A stretch of 64,000 bases of DNA from Ranitomeya imitator (taxonomy: Eukaryota), in NCBI RefSeq assembly GCF_032444005.1, contig NC_091282.1:669228001-669292000 (forward strand), in the 5' to 3' direction. Within the stretch, counting starts at the first letter, position 1. Every line of letters begins with the position of its first letter. A model generated the notes under the pieces. That model saw only the letters and a program-made list of their open reading frames with translations. It was not told the origin of the DNA and ran no database searches. The translations under genes and the position numbers were made by a program. This document shows positions 36,976 through 50,639 of this stretch, piece by piece.

Positions 36976-39900
36976 GGGTCCATACCAATCATTTATTGCC
37001 TAACAAATGGCTAGGTGATAATTTAGGTAGACCTAAATGCCCCTTCAATTTTGCCTACTTCTAACTAATGAAGCCCGTTGTGTCCAATGGTTAATTGATC
37101 ACCAAACTCAGCTGCATCTTGTTCCTCTCTTGTGATCAGTGGACTCTATTTTTTGGGGTAATAGAAAAGGAGATGCCTTCATCCACTTGATTAAAGTGTG
37201 AAGTCTGAGAGATTCACTAAATTATAGAAACTAAACTACCGTATATAAAGTCAGATGGGAACATCAAGAGTAACAAAAAGATTGTTTTACCCCATCGTAT
37301 TAGATGAAAACAAAATTCTTTTTTTCATGATTGTGATCCGAGCAGGAGATGCTCCTGGAATCTGACAGGTCTTGTGAAATTTACTTTCCATTAGACATAA
37401 ATAAAATACACGTATGGGATTATATACACTTTATGTATCCAACAAAAAAAATCATCGGTGGATGTGTTGAGTCCATCTGGCAGCAGTAAGGACACCTTCA
37501 CAATTCTCCTTTTGTTAGATGGAACATTTGAGCTCATGCAATGATGTCACCAGATTAGAGTCTTTGTTGGGTCCAAAACTGTCTTTGATCCTCTTTGTAC
37601 CAGAATCTTCCCTTAATGACCACCTACTGAACAGAAATTGCAAAACGTTGTACAATTAAGTGGTGGCACCTCTGCACAATTTGGTACGGAGTCCTGAGAT
37701 ATGGCCACCTTTAGAAGTTCCTTCTGGAAACAAATTCCTTCTAGTCGAACCATCAACATAAGAGATTCCATGTTTCCTTTTCTACCGGCCTACAGGGTTC
37801 CTTACTGTTGCTTGTGGCACTGAAAATCCGCCCAAATTGACTGCCTTATGATTTTATGATGAATGCAATTCTGTGACCTCAGAAGAAGTGTCGAGGTGTC
37901 CCATGTGGTGGGCCCGCGAGGTCTATCCTGAGACAAACCCATTGAAAGTATTTTCTGAATTCGTAAACTTTGCAGTTTGTTTAATAATATAAAAACAAAA
38001 CCGGGCTTTACTCGCCCTCCCTAGGTCCAGCGCTGAGCCTCAGCTTCTGCTCCCTTTGTTATTGTTTGCAGCATTGACGATACATCGACAGCGCTGCAGT
38101 CGATCAGTGAGCTCAACCCCTCGTGCTGTCAGTGCGGAGCTCGATTATTTTCAGCGCTGCAGACGATACCAGGAGCACCAGGGGGAGACTCAGAGCTTGA
38201 CCAAGGGAGGGTGAGTAAATCACTGTTTGCTTTTGAAACAAAACAGGAGGACAGTGCTTTTCCAAAACCACTTTAATGTACTGCAGTAAAATCTAGCATT
38301 TGTGTAAGAACAGTACTAGTCTCAGCTCAAGTACTGCATCCTGGTTTCTTCCAAAAATTTGATATGTATTTATGTTGTATGTATGGTACCAAGAAAATGT
38401 CACATCCCCAATATGAACCATGGGGAAGGAAAGACAAATGTGAACTTGACTTGCCACATTGAAATAGTATTTTTCGAAATACCTATAAAAAATTAAATGT
38501 ACCAGAGTTTGACACGAAGCTTTAAGTGATGTAATGTTACCTGTTTATATTCTGTTACAATGACTAGTTTGGAAAACTTAGCAACTATGAGATTTGCGAG
38601 ATTTATCAATTGATTCCTTAGTTTTTTTTTCTTCTCTGGATAGTTTCAATGTATAGCACTTAGTTTGACTTCTTAATTATAAATTCTTGCTCCACCCCAT
38701 TAAAAAAAAAAAGATTTGGAATAGTTTATTTTTGCAAGCCATGCATGTTGTACACCTCTCATTCTTGTAGGAGACGTTCGTCCCCAAAAGTCGTCTAATG
38801 GAGACATAAAGGATGATCTGTGTGTGTCTGGAAAGCGTTAATGGTTCTCATTTCAGCAGCTACATATGATAAACCAACCTATGCATGATAAACCTTATAG
38901 CTGCAGAAGCTGCTTCCTCAAGCATTCGGAAAGACATTTGCTGTATAACCCTTTACAATATATGCCATCTATGAACCTAAAGTGATGCTCCAGCAGTGAG
39001 ATATTACACTGTGAAGTTCAGTCTGAAAATGCATTGGGTGGTGAGGACGCACTTACAGCTCCTTAGCCTATTTGTTTTGTATTCCCAAAATAGCGGCACC
39101 CTAAACTAAACAAATCATTACTATGGCAGTGTAGCCCTCTAAAATATATGCCAGTCAATACCTTTGTGAACCTAAGGTGATGCTCCAGCAGCGAGAAATT
39201 GCACTTTGAAGTTTAGCCTGAAAATGCATTGGGTTGTGACAATGCACTTACAGCTCCTTAGCCTCTTCTGTATTTCTGAAATTGTTCCACTCTCCCCTGG
39301 CTGAGTGACCACTCAGTAGCCAGTGTACCATAGCAAACGATCTGTCAATAAGCCAGGGGGAGGGTGTTGCTAGTTCAGGAACACAGACGAGGCGGAGGAG
39401 CTGTAGTGCATCATGACACCCCGATGCACTCCCAAACAAATACAAAACTCAGTTTCTCGCTAGTGGAGCATCACTTTGTAATCATAAGGTATTGACGGGT
39501 TTATTTTTTTTTTCAAGGGCTACCCTGTCCTATTAATGGTTTGGGGCAGGAGGGGGTAAACATTTCTGACAAGTTCCCTTTAAAAAGTTTTACCATCTTA
39601 ATAAGTGATGGCATTTCACTAGGAACTAAATTCACGTAATAATCAGGGTTTCTAGCCTCTCGAACCCTCCCTGATCCTGAGAAAAGTCCTACTTTAGTGC
39701 TACGTCCTCTTTTTCCTTTGCAGGGGTGTTCCCAGCATGGCCTACTTACATGAATTGATCTGTGTTGCAGAAGGTTTTCGGGAGCACGCCTATGCAGAGA
39801 ACACAGAGCAGGGTTTTCCCTTCCTTCTCAGCTTTGTCAGGGTCCTTGGGCTTGAACACCCAGAGATCATTATGTGATTTCTCCCATGCAGGCCTAAGTT

Positions 39901-40309
39901 TCTTTATAGATGCAAAAAAAAATCCATGGATTTATGGGATCCTGTTTTCCCAAGAAGCACAGTCAGTGGGAGGAGTAACACCCGACTACACACAGGCGTT
40001 GTCTGTAGCTATGGAGACACATAGGTCTGTGTATGAGCAGCATACACTTGGTGAAGACTTGCAAAATTACTTCATATTTTGTCATCACCAGATTACATCC
40101 TTTAGTGTTCTTACTCATGTCATGGGTCACATAGATGGAGTAGTGGGAAAGCGCGCCATACTCTGTATGAGTCTGCAGCACCTTTACAGTTGTGGTCAAC
40201 ATTATTGTCATCCCCGAGTATTTAGTACGCCATGTAAAAGATCTTCTGAAATAAAGTATTTCGTGAAACTGCATCCCGGCTTCTATAGTTCCAAATACTA
40301 CCAAGAAGA

Positions 40310-40770
40310 CTGCAATTCATGGGACAGTCAAGAACCTTCCAAGATGTGGTGGAAAGAGGGAACATGGATGAGAGAACCCTTCGAAAGTTGTCTTGAAATG
40401 TGGCAAAAAGCTACGTACAATGAAGAACTTCACACTGGAGACATCGGGATGGATGGTTTCAACCCACACAATACACCGAAAAAATATTTTATGGCCAAAG
40501 GCCAGAGAAGACCCCACTGCTTACAGAAAGTCCTAAGAAAGAGCTACTAATCCTCGGTGAACATTACGTAGACAGCCGCAATACTAACTGGAGAATGCTA
40601 TACAGGGAAATGAACCCAAACGAACGATGTTTAGGCAACATGTCATGTTTATAGACGAAAAGTAGGTGATGGATCCATAATGTTGTGCGGCAGCGTCGGG
40701 GACAAAAAGCCTTAAACGTTTTACAAGGGGCGTAGACATCAGAGCATTTTAGAGCAAAATGTTCTCCCAA
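40310..40770 (+). pseudogene. Highly degraded Tc1 transposase remnant
   Basis: An alternative frame gives HGTVKNLPRCGGKR, RPEKTPLLT and a GDGSIMLCG-like motif, separated by stops and frameshifts. Confidence 0.55.
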
Positions 40771-41517
40771 TTTAAAGGGAATCTGTCAGTAGGATCACCC
40801 CTCTAAGATATCTATATGGGCATGTAGGTCACGGGAAGCTGAATAAAATGATACCGTGATATCCGCAATCCGATAATTTATTCCAGAGAAATCCACGTTT
40901 TTCTTATATGTAAATGAGGTGTTAAGATCTTTGGGTGGGACATAGATCTCTCCGAGACTCCACCTCCAGCACTTACTATAAATGAAAGGGGAGTTATAAC
41001 TCATAAACGGCTGCAAATTTTAACAGTAAATTGTAAAAGTGCTTGTATTATATTTATAAGCTCTATGTGACCATAACGACCTATGAAGATGAGAATATAT
41101 GCCATTAAACCTTGTAAAATAATTATAGATTAGAGCAGAGTAAATCGATTTGCAGGAGCCTGGTCCAAAGGACACGTCAGTAAATTATATTGACTATTGT
41201 CACAAATTAATCTCACCTGCGATTGTTATAGAAATGTGAATTAACCTTCGATCCAGCTCGTGTCACATTATCTGTACATTGAGTGGTCCCATCATGCTTC
41301 CAGACCATCCCGTTTATGCAATAATGAATGTTAGGAGAATTACATAGATAATGGGAAATAAATATTAGAAATGAAAAGAAAAAATATCTGGACAGTCCTT
41401 AATGGGGTTGTCCACTACTTTGATATTGACGCCCTATCCTTAATAGAAGTCACTCTCTTCTCCTCTGAAAGTTTGGGTTTGCACATCTCTAGTTATCACT
41501 ACTGGAAAACCCCTTAA

Positions 41518-42076
41518 AGGGAACCTGTCACCCCGTTTTTTGAGATTGAGCTATAAATACTGTTAAATAGGGCCTGTGCTGTGTGTTCCTATAGTGTATG
41601 TAGTGTACCCCGATTCCCCACCTATGCTGAGAAATAACTTACCAAAGTCGCCGTTTTCGCCTGTCAATCAGGCAGGTCAGGTCAGGTGGGCGTGGTGACA
41701 TCGCTGGTTCTTCCTCAGCTTTACGTTGGTGGCGTAGTGGTGAACAAGCAGCGCGCGATCTGCGCTGTCATCCCTTTCGTCGGTGGGGGCGGCCATCTTC
41801 CTGGGGCCGCGCGTGCGCAGATCGAGTGCTCTGCTGCACGGGGCTTCAGGAAAATGGCCGCGGGATGCCGCGTGTGCACATTAGAGATCGCGGCGGCCAT
41901 TTTCCCAAAGCCGAGATGCAAACTGATTGACAGGCGAAAACGGCGTCTTTGGTAAGTTATTTCTCAGCATAGGTGGGGAATCGGGGTACACTACATACAC
42001 TATAGGAACACACAGCGCAGGCCCTATTTAACAGTATTTATAGCTCAATCTCAAAAAACGGGGTGACAGGTTCCCT
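41518..42076. mobile_element. Kolobok/T2-type MITE, shorter relative of 18788-19607
   Basis: TTAA|AGGGAACCTGTCACCCCG ... CGGGGTGACAGGTTCCCT|TTAA. Confidence 0.88.
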
Positions 42077-42080
42077 TTAA

Positions 42081-42515
42081 AGGGAATTTGTCAGCAGGTT
42101 TTAGCTATTTAATCTGAAAACAGCATAACGTAGGGGCAGAGAGCATGATTCCAGGCATGTGTCACTTATTAGGCTGCGTGCTGTAGTTTCAATACACTGT
42201 GTTTTATCAGCAGGAGATTATCACTGCAGGACTAGGTGTCTTTTGCCAGACAGTCCAGCTAATCTATGTAACCCCTCCCTCACCACTGATTGGCACCTTG
42301 CTGACCATATATATAAGCTGCCAATCAGGGCTGTGGGCGGGGTTTATACACAGCTCAGCAGTCTGCGCTCTGCTATATCTACAGCAGAGAAAACAGGGAT
42401 AGTATCAAAACTACACCAAGCAGCCCAGTAAGTGACACATTGCTGGAATCAGGGTCTTTGCCCCTACATAATGCTGCTTTCAGATTACATAGCAAAATTT
42501 GCTGACAGATCCCCT
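42081..42515. mobile_element. Kolobok/T2-type MITE sharing a TTAA with the previous element
   Basis: TTAA|AGGGAATTTGTCAGCAGG ... TTTGCTGACAGATCCCCT|TTAA. Confidence 0.78.
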
Positions 42516-42844
42516 TTAAGGCTGTGGTAACATCTGTCAAAAAATATCAGACCAAATAGAGCAGCATGCAGTTCTGTTTCATCCAGTAAAAGGAGTCTGT
42601 GTGGTCCTTCATGTACTTTTGGCAGCAGGTCCCATACGGATGTCATTTTTGTAGATCAGCTCCTATAATAAAGTACAACAACAGAAATGAAAAAAGGAGC
42701 CACAGTTGTGAACAGAGCTTAAGCTATAATCGGAGAACCAGAATATAGCAATGAATGCTCAGTTCCCCTGCAGCACCTCCGCAGAAGAAATGAAGCATTA
42801 CCTCGTTTTTAATTAACATAGGCTGAAATCTACTGGGTACTTAA

Positions 42845-43074
42845 AGGGACACTGTCACCTGAATTTGGAGGGAACAATCTTCAGCCATGGAGGCGGGGTT
42901 TGGGGGCAAGATTGCCTTGTGCAGGTGTGTACTACGGAGGACAGAGAATGAACTTCAATCCAATATTGCAGCCAGCATGCAGCCAGCGGGTAAGGAAAGG
43001 GTGAATCAAACACCCGAAAACCCCGCCTCAATGGCTGAAGATTGTTCCCTCCAAATTCAGGTGACAGTGTCCCT
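42845..43074. mobile_element. Kolobok/T2-type MITE
   Basis: TTAA|AGGGACACTGTCACCTGAATTTGGAGGGAACAATCTTCAGCC ... reverse complement|TTAA. Interior is related to 60277-60604. Confidence 0.85.
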
Positions 43075-44828
43075 TTAAGGAGAGAAACTTTGTGACCACT
43101 CAGTCCAACACCACATTTAGCTTATGCACATGTTTTGTGTATTACACCCTTTTCCTATTCTTCGAGCTGCTTATGTCCGGATCCTTAGAGCATCTTGGTT
43201 TTTTTTTTCTTTCTCGCCTTGTTTACCTGTTTCTCCTAAATTATGATACTGAAAATGCAGTGTGTACATGAAGTGGTGGAAATAAGAAATACATGTTTGT
43301 TCTATTTTAGTTGATGATTTTGTAAAACGCACTTTCTTTTTTTGTTTTTTCTTTTGTCTAACAGATCTGTATTTTTTAATGTTTATAGATGGAATGGCGA
43401 ACATTCCCGAAATCTTCAGTGAAAAAACGATATATCAGAAGTCATTCTATAAAATAAATGACAATGAATTTCAGCAATTCCATCGATTTAGAAATAGTTT
43501 GTTTGTGTTCACTTACTGTAAAAATCCAATTTCGTTTTTCAAGTCTCAGGGAACAAAAATAATTTTGCAATAAGCAGAATATTGCGAAGTGCGCCATACG
43601 ATAATATCCATCCATTTTTTTTATATGGAGCACTTCTGTACTTAAAGGGAATCTGTCAGCAGGTTTTTGCTATGTAATCTGAGAGTAACCTGTTGTATGG
43701 TCAGAGATCCTGATTCCATCTGGGCTACTTAACCCCTTTACCCCCAAAGGTGGTTTACATGTTAATGACCAGGCCAATTTTTACAATTCTGACCACTGTG
43801 CCTTTATGAGGTTATAACTCTGGAACGCTTCAACGGATCCTGATGATTCTGACATTGTTTTCTCATGATATATTGTACTTCATGATAGTGGTAAAATGTC
43901 TTTGATATGACTTGCGTTTATTTGTAAAAAAAAATGAAAATTGGCAAAAATTTAGAAAATTTTGCAATTTTCCAAATTTAAATTTTCATGCCCTTAAATC
44001 ACAGAGATATGTCACACAAATTAGTTAAATAACATTTCCCACATGTCTACTTTACATCAGCACAATTTTGGAACCAAATTTTTTTCCTCAGGAAGTTATA
44101 AGGGTTAAAAGTTGACCAGCGATTTCTCATTTTTACAACACCAATTGAAATGTGGTCCCTAAAAAAAATTGAAGTCACTTTGAGGGGTATATGTGATAGA
44201 ACCCACAAATGACACCATTCTAAAAGCTGCACCCCTCATGGTGCTCAAAACCACATTCAAGAAGTTTATTAACCCTTCGGGTTCTTCACAGCAATTTTTG
44301 GAATGTTTAGAAAAAAAAAACATTAACTTTTTTTCACAAAACATTTACTTAAGATCCAATTTGTTTTATTTTACCAATGTTAACAGGAGAAACTGGACCC
44401 AAAAGTCGTACAATTTGTCCTCAGTACGCTGATACCCCATTTGTGGGGGTAAACCACTTTTTGGGCGCACGGCAGAGCTCGGAAGGGAAGGAGCGCCATT
44501 TGACTTTTCAATGCAAAATTGTCTGGAATAGAGATCGGACGCCATGTCACATTTGGAGAGCCTCTGATGTGCCCAAACAGTGGAAACCCCCCACAAGTGA
44601 CACCATTTTGGAAAGTAGACCCCATAAGGAACTTATCTAGATGTGTGGTGAGCACTTTGAATCCCCAAGTGCTTCACAGAAATTTATAATGTAGAGCCAT
44701 AAAAATAAAAAATCATTTTTTTAGCCTCTAAACTTTGTATTTTCCCAAGGGTAACAGGAGAAATTGGACCCCAGAAGTTGTTGTGCAATTTGTCCTGAGT
44801 ATTTTGATAACCCATATGTGGGGGGGAA

Positions 44829-47800
44829 TGTTATGAACTGGTGATTCAGAACCACAATGGACCTGGTGGTTACGAGCACAGAAAATGACCTGAAAGTTAC
44901 TAATCACATAGGACGAGCTCTGAGACGTGGGAACTCTGCTGACCGCAATCCCTAATCCTATCACACCACACTAGAGGTAGCCGTGGAGCGCTCCTGACCA
45001 GACCTAGGTGCCTCGGGCACAGCCTGAGAAACTAGCTAGCCCTGAAGATAGAAAAATAAGCCTACCTTGCCTCAGAGAAATTCCCCAAATGAAAAGGCAG
45101 CCCCCCACATATAATGACTGTGAGTAAAGATGAAAATACAAACACAGAGATGAAATAGATTTTAGCAAAGTGAGGCCCGACTTACTGAATAGACCGAGGA
45201 TAGGAAAGATAGCTTTGCGATCAGCACAAAAACCTACAAACAACCACGCAGAGGGCGCAAAAAGACCCTCCGCACCGACTAACGGTACGGAGGTGCTTCC
45301 TCTGCGTCCCAGAGCTTCCAGCAAGCAAGACAAACCAATATAGCAAGCTGGACAGAAAAAATAGCAAACAAAAGTAACACAAGCAGAACTTAGCTTATGC
45401 AGGGCAGACAGGCCACAAGAGCGATCCAGGAGAGAGCAAGACCAATACTGGAAAATTGACTGGAGGCCAGGAACAAAGAACTAGGTGGAGTTAAATAGAG
45501 CAGCACCTAACGACTTAACCTCGTCACCTGAGGAAGGAAACTCAGAAGCTGCAGCCCCACTCACATCCACCAAAGGAAGCTCAAGGACAGAACCAGCCGA
45601 AGTACCACTCATGACCACAGGAGGGAGCTTGACCACAGAATTCACAACAGTACCCCCCCTTGAGGAGGGGTCACCGAACCCTCACCAGAGCCCCCAGGCC
45701 GACCAGGATGAGCCAAATGAAAGGCACGAACCAGATCGGCAGCATGAACATCAGAGGCAAAGACCCAGGAATTATCTTCCTGACCATAACCCTTCCACTT
45801 AACCAGGTACTGGAGTTTCCGTCTCGAAATACGAGAATCCAAAATCTTCTCTACTATATACTCCAACTCCCCCTCAACCAAAACCGGGGCAGGAGGATCA
45901 ACCGATGGAACCACAGGTGCCACGTATCTCCGCAACAATGACCTATGGAATACATTATGGATGGAAAAAGAAGCTGGAAGGGTAAAACGAAAAGACACAG
46001 GATTAAGAACCTCAGAAATCCTATACGGACCAATGAAACGAGGCTTAAACTTAGGAGAGGAAACTTTCATAGGAATATAACGAGACGACAACCAAACCAA
46101 ATCCCCAACACGAAGTCGGGGACCCACACAGCGCCTGCGGTTAGCGAAACGTTGAGCCTTCTCCTGGGACAATGTCAAATTGTCCACCACATGAGTCCAA
46201 ATCTGCTGCAACCTATGCACCACAGTATCCACACCAGGACAGTCCGAAGACTCAACCTGCCCTGAAGAGAAACGAGGATGGAAACCAGAATTGCAGATAA
46301 ACAGCGAAACCAAAGTAGCCGAGCTGGCCCGATTATTAAGGGCGAACTCAGCCAAAGGCAAAAAGGACACCCAATCATCCTGATCAGCAGAAACAAAACA
46401 TCTCAGATATGTTTCCAAGGTCTGATTGGTTCGTTCAGTCTGGCCATTTGTCTGAGGATGGAAAGCCGAGGAAAAAGACAAATCAATGCCCATCCTAGCA
46501 CAAAAGGCTCGCCAAAACCTCGAAACAAACTGGGAACCTCTGTCAGAAACGATGTTCTCCGGAATGCCAGGTAAACGAACCACATGCTGGAAAAACAATG
46601 GCACCAAATCAGAGGAGGAGGGCAATTTAGACAAGGGTACCAAGTGGACCATCTTAGAGAAGCGATCACAAACCACCCAAATGACCGACATCTTTTGAGA
46701 GATGGGGAGATCCGAAACAAAATCCATAGAGATATGTGTCCAGGGCCTCTTCGGGACCGGCAAGGGCAAAAGCAACCCACTGGCACGAGAACAGCAGGGC
46801 TTAGCCCGAGCACAAATCCCACAGGACTGCACAAACGAACGCACATCCCGCGACAGAGACGGCCACCAAAAGGATCTAGCCACCAAATCTCTGGTACCAA
46901 AGATTCCAGGATGACCAGCCAACACCGAACAATGAACCTCAGAGATAACTCTACTCGTCCATTTATCAGGGACAAACAGTTTCTCCGTTGGGCAACGGTC
47001 AGGTCTATTAGCCTGAAATTTTTGCAGCACCCGCCGCAAATCAGGGGAGATGGCAGACAAAATCACCCCCTCCTTGAGAATACCCGCTGGCTCAGGCAAA
47101 CCCAGAGAGTCGGGCACAAAACTCCTAGACAGGGCATCCGCCTTCACATTTTTAGAGCCCGGAAGGTACGAAACCACAAAGTCAAAACGGGAGAAAAACA
47201 GCGACCAACGAGCCTGTCTAGGATTCAACCGTTTGGCAGACTCGAGATAAGTCAAGTTCTTGTGATCAGTCAAGACCACCACGCGATGCTTAGCTCCCTC
47301 AAGCCAATGACGCCACTCCTCGAATGCCCACTTCATGGCCAGCAACTCTCGATTGCCAACATCATAATTACGCTCAGCAGGCGAAAACTTCCTGGAAAAG
47401 AAGGCACATGGTTTCATCACCGAGCCATCAGAACTTCTTTGCGACAAAACAGCCCCTGCTCCAATCTCAGAAGCATCAACCTCGACCTGGAACGGGAGCG
47501 AAACATCTGGCTGGCACAACACAGGGGCAGAAGAAAAACGACGCTTCAACTCCTGAAAAGCTTCCACAGCAGCAGAAGACCAATTGACCACATCAGCACC
47601 CTTCTTGGTTAAATCAGTCAACAGTTTAGCAATACTGGAAAAATTATTGATGAAGCGACGATAAAAATTAGCAAAGCCCAGGAACTTTTGCAGACTCTTC
47701 CGAGATGTCGGCTGAGTCCAATCATAAATGGCCTGAACTTTAACAGGGTCCATCTCGATAGTAGAAGGGGAAAAAATGAAACCTTCTGAACACCAAAGAG

Positions 47801-49379
47801 ACACTTTGACCCCTTCACAAACAAAGAATTCGCACGCAGGACCTGGAACACCATTCTAACCTGCTTCACGTGAGACTCCCAATCATCCGAGAAGACCAAA
47901 ATATCATCCAAGTAAGCAATCAGGAATTTATCCAGGTACTCTCGGAGGATGTCATGCATAAAGGACTGAAATACTGATGGAGCATTGGAAAGCCCGAATG
48001 GCATAACCAGGTACTCAAAATGGCCCTCGGGCGTATTAAATGCTGTTTTCCATTCATCGCCCTGTTTAATACGCACAAGACTATACGCACCACGAAGATC
48101 TATCTTGGTGAACCAACTAGCCCCCTTAATCCGAGCAAACAAATCAGACAGCAGCGGCAAGGGGTACTGAAATTTGACCGTGATTTTATTTAGAAGGCGG
48201 TAATCAATACAAGGTCTCAACGAACCATCCTTCTTGGCCACAAAAAAGAACCCTGCCCCCAATGGCGACGATGACGGGCGAATATGACCCTTCTCCAAGG
48301 ATTCCTTTACGTAACTCCGCATAGCGGCGTGCTCAGGTACAGACAAATTCAACAGTCGACCTTTAGGAAACTTACTACCAGGAATCAAATCGATAGCACA
48401 ATCGCAATCCCTATGCGGAGGTAGGGCACTGGACTTGGGTTCATCAAATACATCCCGGTAATCTGACAAGAACTCTGGGACCTCAGAAGGGGTGGATGAT
48501 GAAATAGACAGAAATGGGACATCACCATGTACCCCCTGACAACCCCAGCTGGACACAGACATTGATTTCCAATCCAATACTGGGTTATGGACTTGTAGCC
48601 ATGGCAACCCCAACACGACCACATCATGCAGATTCTGCAACACCAAAAAGCGAATATCCTCCTGATGGGCAGGAGCCATGCCCATGGTCAGTTGGGTCCA
48701 ATACTGAGGCTTATTCTCGGCCAAAGGCGTAGCATCAATTCCTCTCAATGGAATAGGATGCTGCAAGGGCTCCAAGAAAAACCCACAGCGCCTAGCATAC
48801 TCCAAGTCCATCAAATTCACCTGAGGAAGGAAACTCAGAAGCCGCAGCCCCACTCACATCCACCAGAGGAAGCTCATAGACAGAACCAGCCGATGTACCA
48901 CTCATGACCACAGGAGGGAGCTTGACCACAGAATTCACAACACTTTGCGGTCAGCACAAAAACCTACAAACAACCACGCAGAGGGCGCAAAAAGACCCTC
49001 CGCACCGACTAACGGTACGGAGGTGCTTCCTCTGCGTCCCAGAGCTTCCAGCAAGCAAGACAAACCAATATAGCAAGCTGGACAGAAAAAATAGCAAACA
49101 AAAGTAACACAAGCAGAACTAAGCTTATGCAGGGCAGACAGGCCACAAGAGCGATCCAGGAGAGAGCAAGACCAATACTGGAAAATTGACTGGAGGCCAG
49201 GAACAAAGAACTAGGTGGCATTAAATAGAGCAGCACCTAACGACTTAACCTCGTCACCTGAGGAAGGAAACTCCGAAGCCGCAGCCCCACTCACATCCAC
49301 CAAAGGAAGCTCAAGGACAGAACCAGCCGAAGTACCACTCATGACCACAGGAGGGAGCTTGACCACAGAATTCACAACA
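44829..49379 (-). mobile_element. Ty3/Gypsy chromovirus (sushi-like) LTR retrotransposon with gag deleted
   Basis: Full 3' LTR at 44829-45649, PPT adjacent, 5' LTR fragments at 48819-48942 and 48943-49379, 6-bp TSD GGGGAA. Confidence 0.92.
45642..48818 (-). pseudogene. pol (protease-RT-RNase H-integrase-chromodomain), frameshifted near 47780
   Basis: RT: LRPCIDYR, YLDD. RNase H: VDASEIGAGAVL, TDHKNL. Integrase: GHPG...C..C, SMDF, SDRGSQF, GQTERTNQ, GPY. Chromodomain: YIVEKILDSR...YLVKWKGY. The two ORFs are in different frames. Confidence 0.92.
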
Positions 49380-49561
49380 GGGGAACCACCGTTTGGGCGC
49401 ATGGCAGAGCTTGGAATGGAAGTGGGGACGTTTTGGAATGCAGACTTAGATGGAATGATCTGCAGGCGTCATGTTGCGTTTTCAGAACCACTCATGTGCC
49501 TAAACAGTAGAAACTCCCCACAAGTGACCACATTTTGGAAACTAGACGCCCAAGGAACTTA

Positions 49562-49910
49562 GGCTGGGTTCACACTGCGTTAGTGTGACCCTTTTAACGG
49601 ACTACGTTACATCACGGCATAACGCTGTGTAACGTAGTCCATTAACGCCGCCATTACTTTCAATGGTGGACGCATCGCTAGCGCATGCCCACCCTGGGCG
49701 TGCGCTAGCGATATGTCGTCATTGAGTGACGGACCCGAGACGCGGGCTGCAGCGTTTCTGGGTTCGTCACAGCTAGCGCACTGCTAGTGCAGATGGAGCT
49801 AGCAGATGCTCCATCTGCGCTAGCGCAGTGCCAAAGTCGGCACTTGCGTTAGTGCAGTCCGTTTAACAGATTTGTTGAACGGACTGCACAACGCAAGTGT
49901 GAACCTAGCC
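49562..49910. mobile_element. Harbinger/PIF-type MITE
   Basis: TTA|GGCTGGGTTCACACT ... AGTGTGAACCTAGCC|TTA. Removing it restores the host motif GGAACTTATCTAGATGTG. Confidence 0.82.
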
Positions 49911-50639
49911 TTATCTAGATGTGTTGTGAGAACTTTAAACCCCCAAGTGTTTCACTAAAGTTGATAACGCAGAGCCGTGAAAATAAAAAATCATTTTTTC
50001 CCACAAAAATGATTTTTTTAGCCTACAAATTTTTATTTTCATAAGGCAACAGGAGAAATTGGACCACAAAATTTGTTGTGGGGGTAAACTACTATTTGGG
50101 CGCACGGCAGAGCTCAGAGGGGAAGGACCACCATTTGACTCTTTCAATGGAAAATTGAGATTAGATGCCATGTCGCGTTTGGAGAGCCCCTGATGTGCCT
50201 AAACATTGGAAACCTCCCAATTCTAACTCCAACCCTAACTCCAACACACCCCTAATCCCAATCCAAACCATAACCCTGACACACCCCTCATCCTAATCCC
50301 AACCCCAATTTTAGCCCTAACCCTAATGGGAAAATGGAAATAAATTGTAGCAACCCTGCTGGCATCACTGCATGGCCTCCTATCCCCCACCTGCATTACA
50401 CTCAAACTCACTTCTCTGGGCCTTGTGGTGACTTCTCTCTGCTGCCAGCTCCATGCTGTGTGCCTCATGTCTGCTGTCTGCTCTGTGCATGCTCTGTCTG
50501 TGTGCATAGGGGGCGGCGCCGGCAACTCCTGTTTTTTATAGAGACTGTGTGCACCTTGCTAAGTTGTCCCTGGCCAATCGCCATGAGGCTTCCTGTATTT
50601 AAGACATCCCCACCCTTTGGTGGGGGCCTGTGCAACTAA

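Noticed and set aside
37520-37632. Possible minus-strand terminal exon (ttctgttcag|T-RWSLREDSGTKRIKDSFGPNKDSNLVTSLHELKCSI*)
   Set aside because: No recognisable homology and no partner exons found; compatible with chance.
38771-38841. Possible plus-strand terminal exon (cattcttgtag|GA-DVRPQKSSNGDIKDDLCVSGKR*)
   Set aside because: Decent acceptor but only 22 codons, downstream of the BAHD1 stop and with no homology support; would need RNA-seq.
39762-40550. 262-aa ORF
   Set aside because: No domain resemblance; its 3' part is an off-frame shadow of a degraded Tc1 transposase.
46584-47612. 342-aa plus-strand ORF
   Set aside because: Antisense shadow of the pol RNase H/integrase region.
22029-48818. 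Idea that the gag-only element and the gag-less pol element form a complementing pair
   Set aside because: The pol copy is frameshifted, the LTRs are unrelated, and TSD lengths differ (5 versus 6 bp).
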